NCBI RefSeq assembly: GCF_036323395.1 | Contig: NZ_AP028907.1 | Coordinates: 900,001-932,000, forward strand | Direction of reading: 5' to 3' | Length of the DNA stretch: 32,000 nucleotides | Source of the DNA: Pyrodictium abyssi | Lineage (GTDB): Archaea > Thermoproteota > Thermoprotei_A > Sulfolobales > Pyrodictiaceae | Shown here: piece after piece, positions 18,091-27,052 of the stretch | Layout of the letters: every line of letters starts with the position of its first letter | How positions within the stretch are numbered: the stretch's first letter is position 1 | Notes under the pieces: generated by a model | Databases searched by the model: none | What the model was told of the DNA's origin: nothing | What the model saw: the letters and a program-made list of their open reading frames with translations, nothing else | Made by a program: the position numbers and the translations under genes

Positions 18091-19116
18091 ATGCCAGGTA
18101 GTGATGCGAGCGATAACACCGTCGAAGTATTCTGTATGGGAGGACTGGTATCGGAGAAGTGCACGAAAATTGTTGAGACACAACTCGATGAAACCAGTGC
18201 CGCCATAGACCTGATCGACAGTGTCTGGGCGAAAGAGCCGTCTAAACCGATACTACTTGTAGCGCCAGCGCTTAGCGGCTTCAGTAAGCTGCTAGAGGAG
18301 CTGAGCGAGCTTGGCAGAAACCCGTTCCTTGTAGAGGCAACCGGGATACCCGAGACCATATTGTCCGGGCTTTCTCTCGACAACATCATTGAGTACTGGG
18401 TGGGCATGCTAGTAGCGACTCTCGCAGAGAGAAAGAGTGCTCGACGAAGAAGCCCACGTGTCTCGCGGCGAGAGGTTCTGCGCCGCCTATTCCTAATACC
18501 TCCGAGGTACGTGATGCTGCCCAAACTCCGATCAACGCCAGTAGTTTGTAGACAGGATACCGTGTGCCCATTCTCCGCCTTGGAGGCAGGTAGGCTAGAT
18601 GAGGCCAAGTGCCAGGGCTGTATGCTCTGCGCTTGGGCGTGTCCAGAGAGCGTCGAGGCCCCGCTTTGGACGGGGCCTCTGGGGCTTCTCTACGCTTACC
18701 GATTCGTAGACGAATACGGGCTCGATGGCATACTCTTCATATGCCGTAGTAGGCTCGAGCGGCTAGACAGCTCAGCGGTCGAGGCCAGCCCGGCACGGCT
18801 CCTCCCCTTCCATGTACCGTGCGTGGGTTGGCTTGGTCCTGGGCTGCTCAGAGCACTAGCAGATCTCGGAGTTTATGTACACGTCTATGCTGGTAGGGAT
18901 GTGTGTCGTGGATGTGGCCTGGAGGCTGCTGGCGTTGGTGCAGCTGGTATGCTTGCTGCAAGCAGTATACGTGTTGGCGAGAATCTAGCCGAGGCGGGTG
19001 CAGCGGCGTTCACCGGCTATATGAGGCCAAGGAGGAGTCTTGAAGAGGTCGCTGAAAAAATGACGAAAGCTCTCGGGGTACCAGCTTCACATACTTCACA
19101 GAGGGAGCACAGCTAA
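18091..19116 (+). CDS. Iron-sulfur protein with 4Fe-4S ferredoxin-like motif
   Basis: CQGCMLCAWACP motif, a second Cys-containing region (FICRSRL...VPCVGWLGPG...VCRGCG) somewhat like the MvhD/FrhD-type subunit, and location inside the Nap-like cluster. The ORF opens at 18019; ATG at 18091 is preferred. Confidence 0.65.
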   Translation: MPGSDASDNTVEVFCMGGLVSEKCTKIVETQLDETSAAIDLIDSVWAKEPSKPILLVAPALSGFSKLLEELSELGRNPFLVEATGIPETILSGLSLDNIIEYWVGMLVATLAERKSARRRSPRVSRREVLRRLFLIPPRYVMLPKLRSTPVVCRQDTVCPFSALEAGRLDEAKCQGCMLCAWACPESVEAPLWTGPLGLLYAYRFVDEYGLDGILFICRSRLERLDSSAVEASPARLLPFHVPCVGWLGPGLLRALADLGVYVHVYAGRDVCRGCGLEAAGVGAAGMLAASSIRVGENLAEAGAAAFTGYMRPRRSLEEVAEKMTKALGVPASHTSQREHS

Positions 19117-19117
19117 T

Positions 19118-20086
19118 CTAGTCTAGTCTCGTAGAGATACGGATATTGTCTATCCCTGTTCTCTTGAGCGGAAGCAGCTTTGAGGCCCTTTCGATAGCTG
19201 CTACACAGTCCTTGTCGGGTTCTCCGTGTTCTCCTGTCCTGCAGTAGACTCTAAGCTCTCCGTCCTGCCGGTCCACGTGTAGTATGTAGGGCTCGCCAGG
19301 GCCCAGAGCCTCGATGAGCGCCAGTGTACGTGAGTCCTCGTGCTCCATCCTGTCTATGTAGTCTCGGAGCACCTCTAGGGCTTCCTTGCCCCTTTCGCCG
19401 AGAAGCGCGATCAGGTTATCCTCTCCTACTGTGCTCAGCCGCCTCTCTAGCAGCTCGTGGGGAGAGCCTGGGCCCTCGACGAGGAAGTGGAGGAGTCCGG
19501 CCAGTATAGTGGTGTGGCTGGCGCCTATGAGGGCTAGCCATGACACAGCCTCTCCATAGTGTAGCCTACCGCGGCCATACTCGTAGTTCAGGGCAAGAGC
19601 CATGATGGGTGAGAGCTGGGACGCGCCTCCGGTTGCTCTGAGTGCAGCGTAGAGGCCGGTTAGCCCGGCCAGGCCTTGTATCCGGGGCCTCGGCATCTTG
19701 CCGTAGAGCTGCTCTAGTAGAGTGGCGGCCTCCTCTACTGCCTTGCTCGGCTCTTCGCCGCTGCGGTAGACACGGTGGGCGGCTAGTGCTAGGAGGCACT
19801 GGTCGGGGCTCACTCCGCACACGATGACGGAAGGCTCTGAGTCGAGGAGTACAGCAGCCGTGTAGAGGCCTACATAGTCTGCTCTTTTGGTGTCTATGGT
19901 CTCGGCTACAACGTCGTAGCCGAGGAACACGTAGTCGCCATAAACGTCTGCGTAGAATTCGTCAAGCAGTAGTATTCTCTGGCCTGGTTCGAGTACTTCG
20001 TCCAACCCAGGCCCAACTATGAGTATATGGTTGTTGTAGCGTGCTGTGGCCGGCATTCCAGCTTGTACCCCGCCACGCTGCTTCAA
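19118..20086 (-). CDS. Hypothetical protein, uncharacterised
   Basis: 322 aa continuous ORF convergent with the Fe-S protein gene; no confident family assignment. Confidence 0.65.
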   Translation of the reverse strand: MKQRGGVQAGMPATARYNNHILIVGPGLDEVLEPGQRILLLDEFYADVYGDYVFLGYDVVAETIDTKRADYVGLYTAAVLLDSEPSVIVCGVSPDQCLLALAAHRVYRSGEEPSKAVEEAATLLEQLYGKMPRPRIQGLAGLTGLYAALRATGGASQLSPIMALALNYEYGRGRLHYGEAVSWLALIGASHTTILAGLLHFLVEGPGSPHELLERRLSTVGEDNLIALLGERGKEALEVLRDYIDRMEHEDSRTLALIEALGPGEPYILHVDRQDGELRVYCRTGEHGEPDKDCVAAIERASKLLPLKRTGIDNIRISTRLD

Positions 20087-20258
20087 TTAGTTAGTTGTAG
20101 CCGATTTAATGCCCATCAGGGTATAGCCCTATACTCTGGAGGCCCGAAACAATATGGGTGACCACTAAAATATTGGTTTGAATGTGCAGATTCTTGTGGA
20201 GCCCTAAAGGGGTGTCCTTCTAGCGGCCTGTTCATAAGCTGCCAAGGGGGTCTGTATA

Positions 20259-23200
20259 TTGCCGGATGAGACTCGTAGAGATGTACTCAAGGCTATAGCT
20301 CTTGGTGCTGCCCTAGCTGCTGTAGGTGGTGTAGTCACATACTACGGTACTGGTAGAGAGAAGACGGTCTACGAGACAGTGACCAAGACGCTCACCGAGA
20401 CCCTAACAAAGACTGTGACCGAGACGATAACTCCTGGCCAGACTACCACTACAACCACAAAGGCTGAGGAGACCCAGCCTGCGAAGCCCAAGCTAGCTGT
20501 CGTCCCCGTAGGCCCCTGCAGGTTCTGTGGCGTTGGCTGCGGTGTCCAGGCGCAAGTGATACTGGACCCGCAGACCGGCATGGCTAAGGACATAGTAGCA
20601 CTAATGGGTATACCAGAATACCCCGTCAACAGGGGTGCACTCTGCACCAAGGCCTTCTACATTCACAAGGCAATAGGTTATGGTGGCAACAAGCAGGCGT
20701 TTGAGCAGAGGCTCAAGAAGCCACTGGTAATCAAGGACTGGATTATACCCGGCAAGAATAGGCCACCAATAACACCCGAGGAGATACCAGAGGCGCCTAG
20801 AGTCAAGAACCGCCAGGTAAGCAAGAACGTTGATGCTACAGTGCCCACGGTGGAGCACATAAAGAAGAACTATGTCGAAGTAGACTGGGACACTGCTGTA
20901 AAGTTCTTCACCGCAATGATGAAGTATGTTCTCCAGAAGTACGGCCCACACGGCTTCGCCTACTATGGTAGCGGCCAGCTAGGCACCGAGGAGAGCTACG
21001 CCATAAACAAGCTAACAAAGGCGGGCATACACACCAACAACCTAGACGGCAACCCGCGAATGTGTATGGTCAGCGCAGTCGGCGGCTTCATAACAAGCTA
21101 CGGTGCAGACGAGCCCGAAGTAAGCTACGACCACATAGACATACCAGAGCCCGATACTGGCGTACACGCCGACACGTTCCTACTAATAGGCACAAACACG
21201 GCAGAAGCCCACCCCATAGTATTCGGTCGTATTGCACAGGTGAAGCAGAAGAACCCCGACAAGGTCAAGGTTATACTAGCTGACCCCCGTAAGACAAGGA
21301 GCGGAAGCATCGCCGACCTATGGCTCCCGCTACGCTGGAGCATGGACGTGGCATTCCTCAACACTCTAGCCCACATACTAGCATTCGACCTAGACAAGTG
21401 TAGGGTAGACGCTAAGACCGGCAAGGTAGAGTGTAAGGGCGAGTACATAGACATAACCTGGCTAAAGCGCCACGCAGACTTCGCAATACCCGTCAACACT
21501 GCCAAGACATGGGCACTCAAGGAGTACAACAACAAGTACAACAACATGGGAGACCTAAACAAGGTCTGGGACATGGGTACAACAGCAAGCAACGCAGCAA
21601 ACTACAAGCTCTACCCAAGCGTCGGCAAGGAGTATAAGAGCGAAGACGAGGTAGAGAAGGACTGGTGGAAGGGCTTCGCGCTCTACCTAAAGTTCCTCGA
21701 GCTATACAAGCCAGAGATAATGGTGAAGATACTATTCGGCGACGAGAAGCCGCTAATCAGCAGGAAGACCGCTGAGCAGCTAATAAAGGCGGGTGAGCTG
21801 AGCCCAGACAAGGTAAACATGGCCAGCAACGAGCCGTTCGTCGAGATCGACCCGATAGAGGCTATGAGGCTAGCAGCTAAGTGGATGGCGAAGGGCAGGC
21901 TCCTCGTATTCTGGACGATGGGTGTCAACCAGAAGATCCAGGGCGTACACTCGGTCAACAGCATAATCAACATACTTGCCCTCACGGGCCAGATAGGCAA
22001 GTATGGCGCCGGTAGCTTTAGCCTCACCGGCCAGCCAAACGCTTGTGGCGGTATCCGTGACCAGGGCGGTCTGGCACACGTACTACCCTATGGCAGGCTT
22101 ATCGCCAAGAAGGCTGCTAGGGAGCAGGTAGAGAACATCTGGAAGAAGCTGACCGAAGAATACCTGAAGGAGCGCGGCTACTCGCCAGATGCCATAAAGA
22201 AGGAGGTAGAGAAGGTCTACGTACACCCGGTACCAGGCCCGCACGTAGTAGAGATGTTCCGCCGCGTCAACGCTGGCCAGCTAAAGATAGTCTGGATAGC
22301 CGAGACAAACCCAGGCCACAGCCTACCAAACGTGTTCAAGTTCCGCGCTGGCATGGCTAAGCCACACGACGATGACCCAGCGTTCCCGTTCATAGTAGTC
22401 AGCGACATCTACCCGACAAGGACAACCGACCTGGCGGACCTCGTACTGCCGGCAGCAGCATGGGGCGAGAAGGAGTTCAAGTACGGTTGTAGCGAGCGCC
22501 GCTACAGCGTAGCCAGGTACATAATACCGCCGCCAGGCGAAGCGGTAGGCGACCACATGATATTCGCGATGATAGGTAAGGCGCTAGAAGATGAGGGTCT
22601 AGTGCCAAAGGGTGTCGTAAGCGGCTTCTTCCCAGAGGATGTAGACAAGGCGGCTAAGGCTGCTGGTAAGAGCTGGGTACAGTACATAGTTGAGAAGAGC
22701 CGCGACAAGAAGTGGCATGAGGAGTTCCTCAACAGAGTATGGGACCGCGACATACTAAGCCTCGCCAAGAACACCTATTACGACTTCAGCTACGTGAAGC
22801 GTGAGGCATTCAGGAAGATGGTAAACGGCTTCCGCTGGCCATGGCCAGAGCAGTATGCTACCAACCCAAGCGTGAAGATGCGCTACGACAAGTACCAGTC
22901 TGCTAGCAGGTTCGCATACCCGTACGACCCGCTGATGCCAGATCCAGAGGTAATTAAGAAGATATACAACGACATAAAGGGCATGGACAGCGCTGAAGAG
23001 ATAGCAGCATACATAAGCAAGCTAGACCCCAACGTGGTACACCCAGTACACAAGGCCAAGTGGCTAGGCAAGCTATCGCACAACCCGGTGCTAATGAAGT
23101 GGGTGCTAAAGCACATAGTAGAGGAGATAGACGACCAGGCCTACAAGAAGGCAAGCAAGGTGCCGGTCGACTGGTATGTAGTGTTCTACGCTAAGCCTAC

Positions 23201-24023
23201 AGGCAGGATGACAATATGGGCTAGGCCGTGGCTACCAATAACCATGGACCATGAGACCGGTGAAGTAAAGATAAACAAGGAGGTCATAATAACCAGAGAG
23301 GCGCTAGACGTAGACACGGTGTTCAAGGGCAAGATATCGGTATTCAGCGAGCCAAAGGGCCCGTTCAAGGTACTTGAGAAGCACAAGGCCCTACCGGCCA
23401 GCGGCGACCCAGAGAAGGGCCTGCAGGTGCTAGCCACAAAGACTTGGGGCGAGGCCCTCCGGACAAACCGTGGCGACATAGAGGCGATCTTCGAGATAGC
23501 GCTAGCTCCGGCAGAGGCGCCAGGCTTCTCACTCAAGTACAAGCTCGACAACGGCCAGGTAATAACAGTGAGAGATGCTACTGGCTATGAGCTAGTAGCC
23601 ACCACCGGCCGTATAGTAGAGCACTGGCACACAGGAACAATGACAGGTAGAGTACCAGAACTCAAGCGTGTAAAGCCGGCAGCATACGTCGAGATACACA
23701 AGAAGCTGGCCGAGAAGCTAGGCATAAAGGACGGCGACTGGGTGACAGTAGAGAGCCCACGCGGCAAGGTAACCGTAAAGGCTGTGGTACTAGACCCGAA
23801 GACAGGCCTTGGCGGCCCCAGAATGGACTACGTGTTCATACCATGGTTCGACGAGAACAAGCTGGCGAACGCGCTAACACTAGACAACTACGACGTGCAG
23901 CCGTACTTCTTCCAGCCAGACTACAAGACATGCGCAGCGAGGATAAGGAAGGCGACGCCAGACGAGATACCCAAGAGCGAAGTCGAGCAGACCGGTAAGC
24001 CCAAGTACAGTATAAGAGTCTAA
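20259..24023 (+). CDS. Tat-exported molybdopterin oxidoreductase, NapA-like (periplasmic nitrate reductase type) catalytic subunit, 1254 aa
   Basis: Tat motif (RRDVLKAIALGAALAAVGG), Thr-rich linker, CRFCGVGCGV...CTKA [4Fe-4S] motif, Mo ligand region NPRMCMVSAVGGFITSYGADEP, NTAEAHPIVFGR, WTMGVNQKIQG, FSLTGQPNACGG, GRIVEHWHTGTMTGRVPEL. All match NapA better than NarG or FdhG. Confidence 0.9.
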   Translation: MPDETRRDVLKAIALGAALAAVGGVVTYYGTGREKTVYETVTKTLTETLTKTVTETITPGQTTTTTTKAEETQPAKPKLAVVPVGPCRFCGVGCGVQAQVILDPQTGMAKDIVALMGIPEYPVNRGALCTKAFYIHKAIGYGGNKQAFEQRLKKPLVIKDWIIPGKNRPPITPEEIPEAPRVKNRQVSKNVDATVPTVEHIKKNYVEVDWDTAVKFFTAMMKYVLQKYGPHGFAYYGSGQLGTEESYAINKLTKAGIHTNNLDGNPRMCMVSAVGGFITSYGADEPEVSYDHIDIPEPDTGVHADTFLLIGTNTAEAHPIVFGRIAQVKQKNPDKVKVILADPRKTRSGSIADLWLPLRWSMDVAFLNTLAHILAFDLDKCRVDAKTGKVECKGEYIDITWLKRHADFAIPVNTAKTWALKEYNNKYNNMGDLNKVWDMGTTASNAANYKLYPSVGKEYKSEDEVEKDWWKGFALYLKFLELYKPEIMVKILFGDEKPLISRKTAEQLIKAGELSPDKVNMASNEPFVEIDPIEAMRLAAKWMAKGRLLVFWTMGVNQKIQGVHSVNSIINILALTGQIGKYGAGSFSLTGQPNACGGIRDQGGLAHVLPYGRLIAKKAAREQVENIWKKLTEEYLKERGYSPDAIKKEVEKVYVHPVPGPHVVEMFRRVNAGQLKIVWIAETNPGHSLPNVFKFRAGMAKPHDDDPAFPFIVVSDIYPTRTTDLADLVLPAAAWGEKEFKYGCSERRYSVARYIIPPPGEAVGDHMIFAMIGKALEDEGLVPKGVVSGFFPEDVDKAAKAAGKSWVQYIVEKSRDKKWHEEFLNRVWDRDILSLAKNTYYDFSYVKREAFRKMVNGFRWPWPEQYATNPSVKMRYDKYQSASRFAYPYDPLMPDPEVIKKIYNDIKGMDSAEEIAAYISKLDPNVVHPVHKAKWLGKLSHNPVLMKWVLKHIVEEIDDQAYKKASKVPVDWYVVFYAKPTGRMTIWARPWLPITMDHETGEVKINKEVIITREALDVDTVFKGKISVFSEPKGPFKVLEKHKALPASGDPEKGLQVLATKTWGEALRTNRGDIEAIFEIALAPAEAPGFSLKYKLDNGQVITVRDATGYELVATTGRIVEHWHTGTMTGRVPELKRVKPAAYVEIHKKLAEKLGIKDGDWVTVESPRGKVTVKAVVLDPKTGLGGPRMDYVFIPWFDENKLANALTLDNYDVQPYFFQPDYKTCAARIRKATPDEIPKSEVEQTGKPKYSIRV

Positions 24024-24503
24024 GCTGTTTTCTAATAAGTCAACGGTTTTTCTCACACTTAGACCGTATCGCACTGTTTCTCAGAATTCCGTAAACGCGG
24101 GCTCCAGCTCTTTAGGCGGTATCATGCTGTGATTTCTCCTAGAGGCGGTTACCGGACGGCTTCAATTCTTTTGTAGGACTTCTTAGGGATGTAAAATAGA
24201 ATGCGTAAACTGCTTCTTGGCGGTCGTCGTGTGTGACATGACGGCTAATAGTTGTCCAGGTTATTTGTCGAGGCGTGGCGTGTGCAACATCGTATGTAGT
24301 GTGCGCCGAAAAAGAGCGGTGTAGAGTTATTCGCTGGAGCTATGAGCGGCTTGTAACGAGGAGCTGAAGTAAGCGGGGCCACGTTCATAAGGAAGATTTG
24401 ATAGTGTTAATCAAGTGAATGTGAGTATTTTGCTATGTGGTGGTATGGTAGGAAGCGTCAGTGTACTAAGCTATATGTAGCTCACATGGAGGAATGGTTA
24501 AAG

Positions 24504-25508
24504 ATGAATAGGAGAACGGAAAGACGTGGCATTACGCGTAGAGAATTCATTAATGCAGGTATAGTGATTGCTGCTGCTACGGCTCTGGCTTCTTCAAGGC
24601 TGCTAGTAGTGGGTGTTTCAGCGGATTCTGGTGGTCCTGTTGGAGGCGGCGAATACTATGAGCCATTCTTCATAGAGGGTGATAATGAGCGTATCATGTA
24701 TTATGAGGCTTTGGGCTTCGTGGTCGATGTTGATGGTAGGAAGTGTGTAGCCAACCCCCTCTTACCGGGCAAGTGTATGGTGTACACGAAGCAGTACTAC
24801 GATGATAGGTTTGTACTCTTACCGCCAGGCGCTACGGAAGACTTCTATGGCCGGTGCATTCGCTGTGGTTTGTGCTACTTTGCGTGCCACTATATGGGGT
24901 ATAATGCGATAAAGCTAGCCGGGCTTAGTAGGGGTCTCCGCGAGCTCGGTGCACCTATAGTCGATGATATGATGAAATATCCGTGTACTCTGTGTATGGA
25001 GTGTACTAAGGTGTGTCCGACGGGGGCGCTTGAGGAGATACCTAAGGAAGAAGTGAAAATGGGTATAGCTCTCATAGACCCGGACCTCTGCTGGGCATGG
25101 AATAGTGGTGACTGTAAGAGCTGTGCTAAGGCGTGTCCCTTCGGCTCAGAAGTATTCGAATTCACGTATAACGAGTGGGGCGTTCACACGAAAGTGAACC
25201 CGGAGAAGTGTAAAGGGTGTGGTCTCTGTATACCTGCATGTCCTATAGGTGGCTCCGCCATACATGTGCTTCCTGTTGACGAGTATGAGCGTAGGGTAAA
25301 GAACTACAAGAACACTGACATGAGCTACGAGGAATATCTCAAACTGATACTCGAGACGGAGCGCACCGACCCGTTTAAGGCTACATGGAGGACGGCGATA
25401 AACACGGACTACATCTTGAATGTTAGGGGCTTGGAGGAGGAGAAGATCGAGACCGAGCTGGGCACTAGCAGTACAGGCATGAAACCAGCCAGCAACAATA
25501 AACAATAA
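24504..25508 (+). CDS. NapG-like Tat-exported 4Fe-4S ferredoxin-type subunit
   Basis: Tat motif TRREFINAG; multiple 4Fe-4S motifs (CIRCGLCYFAC, CTLCMECTKVCP, CKSCAKACPFG, CKGCGLCIPACPIGG). The ORF opens at 24435; GGAGG lies upstream of ATG 24504. Confidence 0.88.
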   Translation: MNRRTERRGITRREFINAGIVIAAATALASSRLLVVGVSADSGGPVGGGEYYEPFFIEGDNERIMYYEALGFVVDVDGRKCVANPLLPGKCMVYTKQYYDDRFVLLPPGATEDFYGRCIRCGLCYFACHYMGYNAIKLAGLSRGLRELGAPIVDDMMKYPCTLCMECTKVCPTGALEEIPKEEVKMGIALIDPDLCWAWNSGDCKSCAKACPFGSEVFEFTYNEWGVHTKVNPEKCKGCGLCIPACPIGGSAIHVLPVDEYERRVKNYKNTDMSYEEYLKLILETERTDPFKATWRTAINTDYILNVRGLEEEKIETELGTSSTGMKPASNNKQ

Positions 25509-25527
25509 TAGTATATAGACGTAATGT

Positions 25528-26475
25528 ATGGGTGATACATACATGCCTCCACGCAGTGGTCTTGCCCGCAGGCTCTGGCTCACTATTCGCGGTGTACCGC
25601 CCCGTGGCAGGTATACCGTGGCTAGAAGGTTGATGCAGATAATAGTACTAAGCTTGTTTACAACTCAGCTACTAGTCTCGGGGGCAATCATTGCAGGCAG
25701 CCTCGCCTCGAGCAGGATATTCAACACGATACCCATGATGGATGTGTTCGCCTGGCTAGAACAAACAGCTGCAACACGCAGTCCGACATTCGAATCCGTT
25801 ATAGCTGTACTAGTAGTGTTCACGCTCTACAGCGTCCTGGGACGCTTCTTCTGCGGCTGGGTCTGCCCAATGGACCTAGTCTTTAGCCTATTTGAACGCA
25901 AGCTCTCGGGCCCAAGAGCGGCACCTCTAACAAGACCGCATAGCGCAGGACGTGTAGAGACGGCTATACCACTAGTGATGATGGCTATATACCTCGTGCT
26001 ATCAGTGCTACTAGGCCAGCCATTCTTCACTACAGTATCGCCGGTAGCGGGCATGACGAAGCTAGGCTCTACGCTTGTCGGCGTGATCTATAATATCCCT
26101 GGGGCTGCAATAGGGCTGGTCATGGCCTGGGCCACTATTACAGGGTTCGCTCTCATAGTAAACATAATAGCAGAGTATGTATTCGGCGTGAAGAGGCTCT
26201 GGTGCCGGTTCATCTGCCCTATAGGCAACACGTATGGTTACGTAATGAACCGCTATAGCCCTCTCCGCATAAAGGTGACAAGTGTAGAGAAGTGTAAGGG
26301 CTGTAACCTCTGTAGCATGGCATGTCCGATGAGCATAGACCTCCTGGAATACATACAGAGCGGAAGAGACGTTAGCGACTATAGGTGCTTCAAGTGCGGT
26401 CGCTGCATCGAGGCATGTCCGCATGGTGTGCTAAAGCTAGGCTTCAGCATCAAGAGAAGCAAAGACAAGCAGTAG
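25528..26475 (+). CDS. NapH-like membrane quinol dehydrogenase subunit
   Basis: Four or more TM helices, the CGWVCPMDLV and CRFICPIG motifs, and C-terminal CKGCNLCSMACPM and CFKCGRCIEACPHG ferredoxin motifs. Confidence 0.9.
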   Translation: MGDTYMPPRSGLARRLWLTIRGVPPRGRYTVARRLMQIIVLSLFTTQLLVSGAIIAGSLASSRIFNTIPMMDVFAWLEQTAATRSPTFESVIAVLVVFTLYSVLGRFFCGWVCPMDLVFSLFERKLSGPRAAPLTRPHSAGRVETAIPLVMMAIYLVLSVLLGQPFFTTVSPVAGMTKLGSTLVGVIYNIPGAAIGLVMAWATITGFALIVNIIAEYVFGVKRLWCRFICPIGNTYGYVMNRYSPLRIKVTSVEKCKGCNLCSMACPMSIDLLEYIQSGRDVSDYRCFKCGRCIEACPHGVLKLGFSIKRSKDKQ

Positions 26476-26587
26476 ATCTGCTAAATGCCAGGCGTGTGGT
26501 GGGCCTGTCGATGCGTCATGGAATAGTGTGTTGTATAAAGGGGCTACCACGCGACAGAAATAGCTCGGGTCAAAACAAGGCTACAAG

Positions 26588-26971
26588 GTGGATGACGGAT
26601 TGGCTTTCGCTGCAGGCTTTCTCCTCCTAACCCCTCATTACCGTGACGAGCCTAAAAGGCGTGAGGTAAAACAGTACCTGGAGAATCTAGGCTTCGAACT
26701 CTACGAGGTCGGCAAACAAGCATTCATAGTATTCTACGTAGAGGCGCCCAACCCTAAGGCCCTTGAGGACGTCATTAAGATGGCAGAACAGCACGACGGT
26801 GTAGCAAAGGCATACATAGCTTTCGGCTTTATGGGCGACGATGCCGTTAGGGAGTGGATTAATGACGCTCTGGCTAGAGGCGAACTTGAGCTAGACGAGA
26901 GCACAAAAGAATACATACGAGGCATCTTGGCCAAGATAGCCCCGGACAAACTACGCGCTCAATCCCCGTAA
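26588..26971 (+). CDS. NapD-like chaperone candidate
   Basis: 127 aa, GTG start; LENLGFELYEVGKQAFIVFYVEAPNPKALEDVIKMAEQHDGVAKAYIAFGF resembles the NapD ferredoxin-like fold (GKxxVxxE...GVxxAxLxY) and follows napH. Confidence 0.6.
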   Translation: MDDGLAFAAGFLLLTPHYRDEPKRREVKQYLENLGFELYEVGKQAFIVFYVEAPNPKALEDVIKMAEQHDGVAKAYIAFGFMGDDAVREWINDALARGELELDESTKEYIRGILAKIAPDKLRAQSP

Positions 26972-27052
26972 TAGCGCATCCATGCCAGTTCCCGGGTGCG
27001 TCCCAATAGCAGTGTTTCTTAACACCCTAGTCACTCTGAAGCCCCGCGATTC

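Noticed and set aside
20369-21592. Antisense ORFs opposite the NapA-like gene (for example 20369..20650, 21125..21592)
   Set aside because: They mirror the strongly supported NapA-like frame, and their sequences are low complexity or Leu/Ser-rich with no motifs.
26062-26630. ORFs 26062..26424 (-) and 26385..26630 (+) around napH
   Set aside because: They overlap the napH-like gene and/or the NapD-like start with no family resemblance.
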